From Thermoproteus tenax Kra 1 (lineage in GTDB: Archaea; Thermoproteota; Thermoprotei; Thermoproteales; Thermoproteaceae), in assembly GCF_000253055.1 (NCBI RefSeq), contig NC_016070.1:480001-512000 (forward strand): a DNA stretch of 32,000 nt, read 5' to 3'. This document shows, piece after piece, positions 23,513 through 31,840 of this stretch. Both the position numbers and the translations under genes were made by a program. The number at the start of each line of letters is the position of its first letter. The first letter of the stretch is position 1. Under the pieces are notes generated by a model that worked only from the letters and a program-made list of their open reading frames with translations, was not told where the DNA came from and did no database searches.

Positions 23513-24768
23513 TAGACCCCGTCTTCTTCATAGTACTGGCTCTTGCAATGTCGGCGCCTCTAGCTCTGAAGGTCGAGGGAAGATATATAGCGATGGCGAT
23601 GGGCTTCATTATATTCGCCTTCTCGTTCTTTGTTCCCTACGCCGCATTCTTCTTTGTTCTATTCGGAGTTATGCTCATAGCGATGGCGCTCGACCACAGA
23701 TACGGCGCCTTAGGGTACGCCTTGGGCCTCTCGGCCGTCTCCACCGCTCTGGCCGCATACGCCTATTTTATGTCCATAATAACGCCGGAATATGCGCTTA
23801 ACTATGCGTTCGCCGGCCTTGCCGCCTTGGCCATAGCCACAACGGGGATATACGGCTTGTTGGCCTCTGGAAAGGAGAGGGAAAACGTCGAGGGAGCGCT
23901 GAAGTACCTCATCTTCTCGGCCGTGGGGAAGACATTGATGGTGATGGGGTTTGCGCTGGCGCTCTACGCGGCTCCGACCCTCGGCTGGCTCCTTCTGTCC
24001 TTTGGATTTATCTTCGAGCTCGGCCTAGTGCCTGCCCACTTGTGGATGGTCGATGCGTTTTCTCTTTCAACTCCTAAGGGCGTCGCCGCTCTGGTTCTAT
24101 TCGGCGAGCTGACGCCGTTGTTAGTGCTTCTGACCTTCTTCCGCGTAGTTGGAATGACGAAGCCTGCCGGCTTCGCCTTGTTGCTTGTCGCACTGGCCTC
24201 AATGACCTACGCGAACATAGCGGCGCTCACTGCTAGGACGTTCGGGCGGATGCTTGCGTATTCCTCGATAGCGCATATGTCGTATGCTGTGTCCGCGGTG
24301 GCGCTGGTGGCCTACTTTGGGAATAGAGCGGTGGATATGCCGCTATTCGGCATCTACCCGGCGTTCACCATCGCCGCAACTGTGGCCATACTAGAGGGCT
24401 TGACCTCAGGCCTCGCGAAGGCGGGCATTTTCAATGCCCTGACTGTTAAACACGCCGACATTGTGCCAGACAGGCGCGTGTTGTCCGGCGCTCTGAATGT
24501 CCTCTCGCTCCTGGGGCTTCCGCCGTTGCTCGGCTTCTGGCCCAAGCTGCTCCTGGTCTTGTTGGCCTTGGCCTACGGCCAGCTCGGCATCGCCTTGATA
24601 GTTATACTCAACAGCGCAATAGCGACGCCGTATTATCTGCGCGTGTTCAGAATGTTGGCCGAGGCCAAGGGACCCAGCGCGGACAACGCCACGTCGGTCC
24701 TCACAGCGGCCCTTTCAACAGTACTAGGCGTTGCGGTTCCGCTGCTCCTCTCCGTCATAATTCCTTAA
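23509..24768 (+). CDS. nuoN: complex I antiporter-like subunit (NuoN/ND2-type, divergent)
   Basis: 419-aa polytopic protein. PAHLWMVDAFSLSTPKGVAALV aligns with the NuoN PFHFW-PDVYEGAPT region but is divergent. Confidence 0.75.
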   Translation: MIDPVFFIVLALAMSAPLALKVEGRYIAMAMGFIIFAFSFFVPYAAFFFVLFGVMLIAMALDHRYGALGYALGLSAVSTALAAYAYFMSIITPEYALNYAFAGLAALAIATTGIYGLLASGKERENVEGALKYLIFSAVGKTLMVMGFALALYAAPTLGWLLLSFGFIFELGLVPAHLWMVDAFSLSTPKGVAALVLFGELTPLLVLLTFFRVVGMTKPAGFALLLVALASMTYANIAALTARTFGRMLAYSSIAHMSYAVSAVALVAYFGNRAVDMPLFGIYPAFTIAATVAILEGLTSGLAKAGIFNALTVKHADIVPDRRVLSGALNVLSLLGLPPLLGFWPKLLLVLLALAYGQLGIALIVILNSAIATPYYLRVFRMLAEAKGPSADNATSVLTAALSTVLGVAVPLLLSVIIP

Positions 24769-24790
24769 TAGTGCTTTTTCCTCAGCCGTC

Positions 24791-25342
24791 ATGATCGAGC
24801 GGACGTTGGTCATCGTGAAGCCGGACGGCGTTAAGAGGGGGCTTGTTGGGGAAATAATATCGCGGATAGAGCGGGCGGGACTCAAGATCGTCGCGATGAA
24901 GATGGTGAAAGCTACGCGCGAACAGATAGAGGGCTTTTATCCGAGCGACGAGGGCTGGCTTAGGAGCGTGGGCAATAAAACTCTCACAAGCTACAAGGAG
25001 ATGGGGATAGACCCAAGGGCCGAGCTCGGCACAGACGATCCAGTGGAGATCGGGAGGATCGTCAAAGGATGGCTTGTAGACTACATGACGGAGGCCCCCA
25101 TAGTCCTAATGGTGGTAGAGGGCAACCACGCAGTCAGCGTCATGAGGAAGCTCGTGGGCCACACTCTGCCGTACAAGGCGGAGCCCGGCACAATTAGGGG
25201 CGATTTCTCGGCCGACAGCCCCGATCTGGCGAACAGAGAGAGGCGGTCTATTAGGAACCTCGTGCACGCGAGCGATAGCCCTGAGGAGGCCAGAAGGGAA
25301 ATATCCTATTGGTTTAGAGATGACGAAATACTTGAATATTAA
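24791..25342 (+). CDS. ndk: nucleoside-diphosphate kinase with lineage-specific insertions
   Basis: ERTLVIVKPDGV, TIRGDF and the NLVHASDS active-site His context. At 183 aa it is longer than a canonical NDK (about 140-150 aa), because of two insertions. Confidence 0.95.
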   Translation: MIERTLVIVKPDGVKRGLVGEIISRIERAGLKIVAMKMVKATREQIEGFYPSDEGWLRSVGNKTLTSYKEMGIDPRAELGTDDPVEIGRIVKGWLVDYMTEAPIVLMVVEGNHAVSVMRKLVGHTLPYKAEPGTIRGDFSADSPDLANRERRSIRNLVHASDSPEEARREISYWFRDDEILEY

Positions 25343-25468
25343 TAGTGATTTAAATTTAAAGAGTTATTTTTACAATAAAATATTAGATTTAAATTATTTA
25401 AGTTGATATAAATTAGTTTTTACATAAATTTATAGATAAAATTTAATTTAATTGAGATACTCCCTCCT
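25343..25468. other. extremely AT-rich island 3 (contains the acs promoter)
   Basis: About 125 nt, almost devoid of G/C. AAATTTAATTTAATT is centred about 23 nt before ATG 25469. It shares TATAGATAAAAT with island 1 and ACAATAAAAT with island 2. Confidence 0.55.
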
Positions 25469-27358
25469 ATGGAAATATGGAGACCTGAGAAAGAACACCT
25501 CTCTGAATCTAATATTGCTAGATATATATCTGATCGCGGGCTAGGCACTCTCGACGCGTTCATATCTTTTACCTACGAGAGGCCCGAGGCCTTCTGGAGC
25601 TCCTTCGTGGACGAGGTATTGAGGGTGAAGTGGTACGAAAAATACACTAAAGTGTTGGATCTAAGTAGCGGCGTCCAGTGGCCTAGGTGGTTTATCGGGG
25701 GCAAGATCAATATAGCTGACCAACTTGAGGACTCGGCAAGACCGTTAGTTAAATGGGAGGGGGAAGATGGGAGCAAGGCCGTGTGGAGCTACTCAGAGGT
25801 GCTCTATAAGGCCAGAGCGGTGGCGAGCTGGCTCAAGAGAAATGGGCTAAACAAGGGCGATAGAGTCGGCATCTTTATGCCCATGGTGCCCGAGATAGTC
25901 CCAGTCATGCTCGGCGCAATTAGAGCCGGCGGAATCATAGTGCCGCTCTTCAGCGGGTTCGGCAAAGAGGCCATCAGAGTGAGGCTTGAGGACAGCGAGG
26001 CTAAGTTCGTCTTCGCCTCAGATATATCGTACAGAAGGGGCAGGCCCATCGATATGTTGTCTGAGCTGAGGGCAGGGTTGGCCCCGTCGGTCCGCAACGT
26101 GGTGGTCCACGAGCGGGGCGGTCTCAGGGGCGACTACGTCTCCCTCGCTGAAGTCTTTAAGACCGGAGGCGACTACGTCGAGGCGGCCAGCTCCGAGGAT
26201 CCCATTATGATAATCTACACCTCCGGCACCACTGGGAAGCCCAAGGGCACAGTCCATACCCACGACGGCTTCCCTATCAAGGCCGCCGCTGACGTCTACT
26301 TCCACTTCGATTTAAGGGAGGGAGAAACGTTGAGCTGGATCACCGACATGGGCTGGATGATGGGCCCTTGGATGGTCTTCGCCGCCTACCTCCTGCGCGG
26401 CTCCATGGCCTTCTTCGAGGGCGCTCCGGACTACCCCAAGGACAGAGTCTGGCGGTTCGTCGAAGAGCACAGAGTCTCTGCGCTGGGCCTTGCAGCCACG
26501 TTGACAAGATATCTGAGGAGCATTGAGGCGGCCGCCGCGCCGGGCCAACTGGATAGCCTAAAGGCGTTTGGCAACACGGGCGAGCCCATCGACGTGGAGA
26601 GCTGGCTATGGCTCTACAGGATGGGGAGGGGGAGGATCCCCATAATAAATTATTCAGGCGGCACCGAGATCTCCGGAGGCATCCTGGGATGTTACGTCGT
26701 GAGGGAAATGAAGCCGAGTTCCTTCAACGGCATGAGCCCTGGCATAAAAGCCGCCGTGTTCACCGAAGATGGAAAGCCGGCCCCGCCTGGCACAGAGGGC
26801 GAGCTCGTAGTCCTATCTGTGTGGCCGGGCATGACGAGGGGCTTCTGGCGCGACCCCCAGAGGTACCTTGAGACCTACTGGAGCAAGTGGCCCGGCGTAT
26901 GGGCGCACGGCGATGCCGCCATGGTGGACCAAGAGGGCTTCTACTATATCCTGGGGCGCGCCGATGACACCATCAAAGTCGCCGGCAAGAGGCTGGGGCC
27001 TGCCGAGATAGAGACTGTGCTAAACGCGCATCCCGCTGTGGCAGAGTCGGCGTGTATTGGAGTGCCCCACGACATCAAGGGGGAGGTGCCGATATGCTTC
27101 GTGGTGCTCAAGCCAGGCTATGAGCCTAGCGAGGAGCTCAAGAGGGAGCTCATCAAAAGGACCGAGGAGGCGCTCGGCAAAGCCTTCGGCGCTGTGGAAG
27201 ATATTAAGTTCGTCAAATTGCTTCCGAAGACGCGCAACGCCAAGATTATGAGGAGAGTGATAAGGGCGGTGTATTTGGGGCGCAACCCCGGCGACCTTTC
27301 CGCGTTGGAGAGCCCAGAGGCTATAGAGGAGATAAAGAGAGTAGCAATAAAGAGTTGA
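25469..27358 (+). CDS. AMP-forming acyl-CoA synthetase (acetyl-/short-chain acyl-CoA synthetase family)
   Basis: 629 aa with the AMP-binding motif YTSGTTGKPKG, plus later YGxTE-like NYSGGTE and GDAAMVDQEGFYYILGRADD. Confidence 0.9.
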   Translation: MEIWRPEKEHLSESNIARYISDRGLGTLDAFISFTYERPEAFWSSFVDEVLRVKWYEKYTKVLDLSSGVQWPRWFIGGKINIADQLEDSARPLVKWEGEDGSKAVWSYSEVLYKARAVASWLKRNGLNKGDRVGIFMPMVPEIVPVMLGAIRAGGIIVPLFSGFGKEAIRVRLEDSEAKFVFASDISYRRGRPIDMLSELRAGLAPSVRNVVVHERGGLRGDYVSLAEVFKTGGDYVEAASSEDPIMIIYTSGTTGKPKGTVHTHDGFPIKAAADVYFHFDLREGETLSWITDMGWMMGPWMVFAAYLLRGSMAFFEGAPDYPKDRVWRFVEEHRVSALGLAATLTRYLRSIEAAAAPGQLDSLKAFGNTGEPIDVESWLWLYRMGRGRIPIINYSGGTEISGGILGCYVVREMKPSSFNGMSPGIKAAVFTEDGKPAPPGTEGELVVLSVWPGMTRGFWRDPQRYLETYWSKWPGVWAHGDAAMVDQEGFYYILGRADDTIKVAGKRLGPAEIETVLNAHPAVAESACIGVPHDIKGEVPICFVVLKPGYEPSEELKRELIKRTEEALGKAFGAVEDIKFVKLLPKTRNAKIMRRVIRAVYLGRNPGDLSALESPEAIEEIKRVAIKS

Positions 27359-27419
27359 GTTTTTCAAACGACACAGAGCCAACATAACTGTTAAATAATT
27401 ATAAAATTTTGACTAATTA

Positions 27420-28562
27420 ATGAGGGTAGGCATTGCAGGCGTGGGCTGGTTCGGCTTCCAGCCCGAGGTCGCCGATTATTCCTTCCGCGAAATGATGTTC
27501 AAGGCGGCGCAGAGGGCCTATCAAGACGCCGGAAACATAGATCCTAGGAGCGAGGTCGATGCGTTTATCTCATGTCAAGAGGACTTCTGGGAGGGGATCT
27601 CCATAGCAGACGAGTTCGCGCCAGATCCAGTCGGCGGCGCCATGAAGTCCGTCTATACTGTGGCCGGGGATGGGCTACAGTGCGTGGGACAAGCCTACAT
27701 GATGATCAAAACGGGGATGTTCGACGTAGTAGTAGTGGAGTCGCACGGCAAGCCGAGCGACATAGTGACAATGAACGAGGTTATGTTTATGGCCACAGAT
27801 CCTATCTCGATCAGACCGCTCATGATACCGAACGTCCATGCTCTGGCGGCCCTAGAGGCGAGGGCCTATATGTCGAAATACGGAGTAGAAGAGAGACATC
27901 TAGACGCCGTAGTGGGGAAGGCTCACAAGGCGGGCGCGAGGAACTCCAGAGCCGTCTTCGCCTCCCCCGGGAAGCTGAGGTCGGCCACTCCGACTGTCGT
28001 CGACCCGCTGAGGGAGGCCGACATAGCTGGCTTCGTGGACGCGGTCGTCGTGGTGGTCCTCGCCTCCGACAAAGTGATCAGAGACTACACGGACACGCCA
28101 GTATGGGTCGATGGAGTCTGGTGGTCGACTGAGGGCTCGACGCTGGAGCTACACGACTGGTCCTTCCCTGCGCACGCAAGAGAGGCCGCGGAGGGGGCCT
28201 ACAAACAAGCGAAAATAACGGATCCAGCCAAAGAGGTCGGCTTCGCCGAGGTGGACAATCGGTACAGCTTCAAAGAGCTTCAACACATCGAGGCGTTGAA
28301 GTTGGCGCCTGTCGGCTCCGCAAAGGACCTTCTGCTTGACGGGGCCTTCGACCCTGGGGGAAGGCTGCCAGTGAATTTAAGCGGCGGCGCTCTCGCCGAG
28401 GGGGTCCCCTTGGAGGTACACGGGCTGGCCAGGCTGAGCTACGCCGTGGGTGTAATGAGGGGGGACATAAAGGCCGAGGTGGACAAACGCGATGTCGCCG
28501 TAGTGCACAGCTGGAGGGGCGTGCCCACGACCACGAGCGTTGTCGCCGTGTTGCGGATATGA
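27420..28562 (+). CDS. thiolase-fold (SCP-x/DUF35-associated type) protein, paralogue 1, canonical catalytic residues apparently absent
   Basis: 380 aa, collinear with archaeal thiolases (DTPVWV, PVNLSGG). However, it has VAGDG where C-x-S-G is expected, DNRY where HDCF is expected, and GVPLEVHG where GHPxGATG is expected. Confidence 0.8.
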   Translation: MRVGIAGVGWFGFQPEVADYSFREMMFKAAQRAYQDAGNIDPRSEVDAFISCQEDFWEGISIADEFAPDPVGGAMKSVYTVAGDGLQCVGQAYMMIKTGMFDVVVVESHGKPSDIVTMNEVMFMATDPISIRPLMIPNVHALAALEARAYMSKYGVEERHLDAVVGKAHKAGARNSRAVFASPGKLRSATPTVVDPLREADIAGFVDAVVVVVLASDKVIRDYTDTPVWVDGVWWSTEGSTLELHDWSFPAHAREAAEGAYKQAKITDPAKEVGFAEVDNRYSFKELQHIEALKLAPVGSAKDLLLDGAFDPGGRLPVNLSGGALAEGVPLEVHGLARLSYAVGVMRGDIKAEVDKRDVAVVHSWRGVPTTTSVVAVLRI

Positions 28563-29746
28563 CCGGCCGCAACCTCAACTTCAAACACCGCGTCGCAGTC
28601 GTCGGCGCAGGTCTGACACTGTTTAGAAGGAGGCTTCAGGAGACGCCGCAAGAGATGGCGTGGCTCGCCGCAAAGCAGGCCCTCGACGAGGCAGGATTGA
28701 CTCTCAAGGACATAGACTGCGTGGTGATAGGCAGCGCTCCCGACGCTTTCGACGGCGTCCACATGAAAGGCGAGTACCTCGCCGAGGGGGCCGGGGGCAT
28801 CCACAAGCCTGTCGTGAGGGTGTATGTGGGCGGAGCCACCGGAGTGTTCGTCCCCATAGCGGCTTGGTGGCACGTGGCCTCCGGACTATGTAAAAGGGTT
28901 TTAGCCGTGGCCGAGGAAAAGATGAGCCACTCAGCGAAGCCGCATCCCCAGTATGTGTTCCGCTACATCTGGGACCCGATAGTAGAGAAGCCCCTTAACC
29001 CCAACTTGTTGTGGATATTCGCCATGGAGATGCACCGCTATATGTACAAATGCAACGTGAAAAAGGAGGACATAGCTCTAGTGTCGGTTAAAAATAAACG
29101 GAATGCGTGCGGCCATCCGTCGGCGCAACTGTGCGATCCCAACATCAAAGTGGAGGACGTGTTGAACAGCGAGGTCTTAGTCTGGCCCGTCAACAGATTA
29201 GATGTATCGCCCGTATCCGACGGGGCCGCCGCGTTGGTCCTGGCCGCTGAGGAGGAGGCCAGAAAGATCACCGATACGCCCGTCTGGGTCAAGGGAATAG
29301 GCTGGACGTTAGACACTACGCACTGGACAAATAGAGACCTCGCCTATCCGGAGTACGTCAGAAGAGCTGCCGAGATGGCATACCGCATGGCCGGCATAGA
29401 CAACCCGAGGAAACAGATAGACGTGGCTGAGCCCTACGACCCCTTCGATTACAAGGAGCTCCACCACATGGAGGGTCTGGGCCTCGCAAAGAAGTGCGAA
29501 GCGCCTCTGTTGACCAAAGAGGGCGTGACCCAGAGGGACGGCGATCTCCCAATAAATCCATCTGGCGGCCTCCTCGGAGTTGGCAACCCCATCGCGGCAG
29601 CCGGCTTGATGAAGGTGGCCGAGATATTCTGGCAAGTGAGGGGGGAGGCCGGCGCAAGGCAAGTCAAGAAGCCGGTGTACACAGGCCTCGCTCAAGCTTG
29701 GGGCGACCTAATGCAGGCAGGCACGGTGATCGTGTTGGGGGTATGA
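28559..29746 (+). CDS. thiolase-fold (SCP-x/DUF35-associated type) protein, paralogue 2, canonical catalytic residues apparently absent
   Basis: 395 aa with VKNKRNA, RLDVSPVSDGAAALVLA, DTPVWVKG and INPSGGL. However, it has VGGATG at the nucleophile site, YDPF for HDCF, and GNPIAAAG for GHPxGATG. ATGA overlaps on both sides. Confidence 0.8.
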   Translation: MTGRNLNFKHRVAVVGAGLTLFRRRLQETPQEMAWLAAKQALDEAGLTLKDIDCVVIGSAPDAFDGVHMKGEYLAEGAGGIHKPVVRVYVGGATGVFVPIAAWWHVASGLCKRVLAVAEEKMSHSAKPHPQYVFRYIWDPIVEKPLNPNLLWIFAMEMHRYMYKCNVKKEDIALVSVKNKRNACGHPSAQLCDPNIKVEDVLNSEVLVWPVNRLDVSPVSDGAAALVLAAEEEARKITDTPVWVKGIGWTLDTTHWTNRDLAYPEYVRRAAEMAYRMAGIDNPRKQIDVAEPYDPFDYKELHHMEGLGLAKKCEAPLLTKEGVTQRDGDLPINPSGGLLGVGNPIAAAGLMKVAEIFWQVRGEAGARQVKKPVYTGLAQAWGDLMQAGTVIVLGV

Positions 29747-30273
29747 GCAAGCCCAAGAACCCTAGGGGAACCGCCTACGAGGAGCTAGACTTCCCAGCGT
29801 TTGAGTTCCCTGTTGTGGGCAAGGCGCGCTACAACTACACAGCGGGGTGGGCGCTCGGCAGATTCTTGGCCGGCCTCAAGGAGGGCAAGATCTTGGGGAC
29901 TGTGTGCAAGAAGTGCGGAAGAGTCTTTGTGCCGCCGCGTATGTACTGTTCCTACTGTTTCAGAGAGGTCGACGACTGGGTCGAGGCCTCGCCCGAGGGC
30001 ACCATTGTGACTGTGGTAGCAAGCTATGTGGAGGCCACCAGAGCCAGAGCTGTGGAGCCGAAGATAGTCGGCGTGATAAAGCTCGACGTCCCCGGCTATA
30101 AGTTCGACGACCACTTCTTCCCAGGTCTGCTACACTACATCTGCGGAGCTACCGATGAGGACGTGAAAAGCATGAGGCTGTTCGGCGCCAGAGTGAGGGC
30201 TAGGTTCAAGCCTGAGCAACAAAGGACCGGCTCTATCACAGATATAGAGTGCTTCGAGGTGGTGAGGACATGA
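29743..30273 (+). CDS. DUF35 Zn-ribbon/OB-fold protein 1
   Basis: The start is ATG 29743 (MSKPKNPRG...), overlapping the thiolase stop. The track's 29494 start is an out-of-context extension. Rubredoxin-like CKKCGRVFVPPRMYCSYC is followed by an OB-fold-like region. Confidence 0.85.
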   Translation: MSKPKNPRGTAYEELDFPAFEFPVVGKARYNYTAGWALGRFLAGLKEGKILGTVCKKCGRVFVPPRMYCSYCFREVDDWVEASPEGTIVTVVASYVEATRARAVEPKIVGVIKLDVPGYKFDDHFFPGLLHYICGATDEDVKSMRLFGARVRARFKPEQQRTGSITDIECFEVVRT

Positions 30274-30701
30274 GGCGCGTAAAGACCTTCCCAGAGGTGA
30301 TGGAGATAGAGGCCTATATATACACTGCAGGCCCCGTGGGCACCAAATGGTTGGAGAACCTTAAGGCCGGCAAATTGACCGCCGCGTATTGTCCCAAGTG
30401 CGGGCGCCTCTTCTTGCCGCCCAAGATGTTCTGCCCCTACGACTTCGAGGAGGTCAGAGAGCTCAGAGAGATCGGCCAGACGGGTGTCGTCGAGAGCTAC
30501 ACAGTTATAGAGAGGGATCTCTCAGGGGAGAGGTTGCCCGAGAGGAAGATCTTGGCGTTCATAAGGTTTCCGGGCGTCGAGGGAGGAATTATACACTACG
30601 TGAAGGCAGAGGGGCTCGCCATCGGAATGAAGGTGAAGCCTAAGTGGAGGTCTGAGAGGAGGGGCTCGGTGACCGACATAGAATATTTTGAGCCCGTATG
30701 A
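30270..30701 (+). CDS. DUF35 Zn-ribbon/OB-fold protein 2
   Basis: The start is ATG 30270 (MRRVKTF...), overlapping the upstream stop. In CPKCGRLFLPPKMFCPYD the fourth ligand position is Asp, not Cys. OB-fold-like C-half. Confidence 0.85.
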   Translation: MRRVKTFPEVMEIEAYIYTAGPVGTKWLENLKAGKLTAAYCPKCGRLFLPPKMFCPYDFEEVRELREIGQTGVVESYTVIERDLSGERLPERKILAFIRFPGVEGGIIHYVKAEGLAIGMKVKPKWRSERRGSVTDIEYFEPV

Positions 30702-31840
30702 GCCTCTTGACCCAAGAGCACGAGCTCGTCAGAAAGACTGCGCGCGATTTTGCCGAGAAGTACGTTGGGCCTATAGCGAGGAGGATGGACAGAGAGAACT
30801 ACTATCCCCGGGATATATTACGGGACGCCGGAAAGCTCGGCATATTGACCCCGACGGTTCCCCCAGAGTATGGCGGAGGAGGCGGCGATCTGAGGTCCGT
30901 CGTTGTTATACTTGAGGAGTTAGGCAGAGTGAGCGGCGGCTTCAGCCTCCTAGTGGAGGCCTACGGCGTGCTTTTCGCGGACGCTCTGAAGAACTTCGGA
31001 AGCGCTGGGCAGAAGGAGGAGGTGCTGCCCAAGGTCGCCGCCGGCGAGAAGATCGGCGCCTTCGCTCTCTCCGAGCCGTGTTGCGGCAGCGATGCGGCGG
31101 CTATACAGACGAGGGCCGAGAGGAGGGGCGGAGAGTGGGTCATTAACGGCGCAAAGATGTGGATAACCAACGGGCTCTACGCCGACTACTACCTTGTGGC
31201 CGCTAGGACTGGCCCAAGGGAGGCGCGGCACAAGGCCATAACGGTCTTCCTCTTGAGGAGGAGCTCTTGTGTGGAGGCCTCGCCTATTGAGGTCATGGGC
31301 GTCAGAGGCACGGGGACTGCGGAGCTCAAGTTCAACGACTGCTCTGTGGGCGAGGACGAGATAGTGGGCGAGTTGAATGGAGGGTGGAGGGTCCTCATGC
31401 ACACGCTCGATGTGGGCAGAGTTGCCATATCGGGAGTTGCGCTGGGGATAGCGAGGGGGGCCTTCGAGGAGGCGCTGGCCTGGGCGAGGAGCAGAGAGCT
31501 CTTCGGCAAGAGGCTCGTTGAGTTCCAAAACGCCCAGTTCGAGTTGGCGGAGATGTTGGCCTCCATAGAGACGGCGCGCGCTCTCACGTACTATGCGGCT
31601 TATCTCTACGATGTAGGCTCGCCCGAGTTCCTTCTGATGTCCCACGTGGCCAAACTACAGGCCGCCAGGCTCGCTGTAGATGTAACGCGCAGAGCGGTGC
31701 AGATGGAGGGAGGATACGGATACAGCAAGGAGAGCAAGGCTGAGATGTTCTATAGAGATGCCAAGATCTTGGAGATAGGGGAGGGTACTAATGAGGTCAT
31801 GAAGTACGTCATCTATAAACTGCTCGAGAAGAGCTCTTAG
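30698..31840 (+). CDS. acyl-CoA dehydrogenase (FAD)
   Basis: 380 aa with GAFALSEPCCGSDA, WITNG and the catalytic-base context ILEIGEGTNEV. Confidence 0.95.
   Translation: MSLLTQEHELVRKTARDFAEKYVGPIARRMDRENYYPRDILRDAGKLGILTPTVPPEYGGGGGDLRSVVVILEELGRVSGGFSLLVEAYGVLFADALKNFGSAGQKEEVLPKVAAGEKIGAFALSEPCCGSDAAAIQTRAERRGGEWVINGAKMWITNGLYADYYLVAARTGPREARHKAITVFLLRRSSCVEASPIEVMGVRGTGTAELKFNDCSVGEDEIVGELNGGWRVLMHTLDVGRVAISGVALGIARGAFEEALAWARSRELFGKRLVEFQNAQFELAEMLASIETARALTYYAAYLYDVGSPEFLLMSHVAKLQAARLAVDVTRRAVQMEGGYGYSKESKAEMFYRDAKILEIGEGTNEVMKYVIYKLLEKSS

Noticed and set aside
27420-28562. Thiolase-fold paralogue 1 being the archaeal HMG-CoA synthase partner of a thiolase/HMGCS/DUF35 complex.
   Set aside because: The sequence is collinear with SCP-x-type thiolases (DTPVWV, NLSGG), not with HMGCS. 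It lacks the HMGCS Cys/Glu/His contexts.
29494-29742. An 83-aa N-terminal extension of DUF35 protein 1 in the ORF track. The 7-aa extension of DUF35 protein 2 from 30249 is a similar case.
   Set aside because: The extension is an Arg/Gly/Ser-rich out-of-frame read-through of the thiolase-like gene. ATG 29743 and ATG 30270 give ATGA overlaps and canonical DUF35 N-termini.
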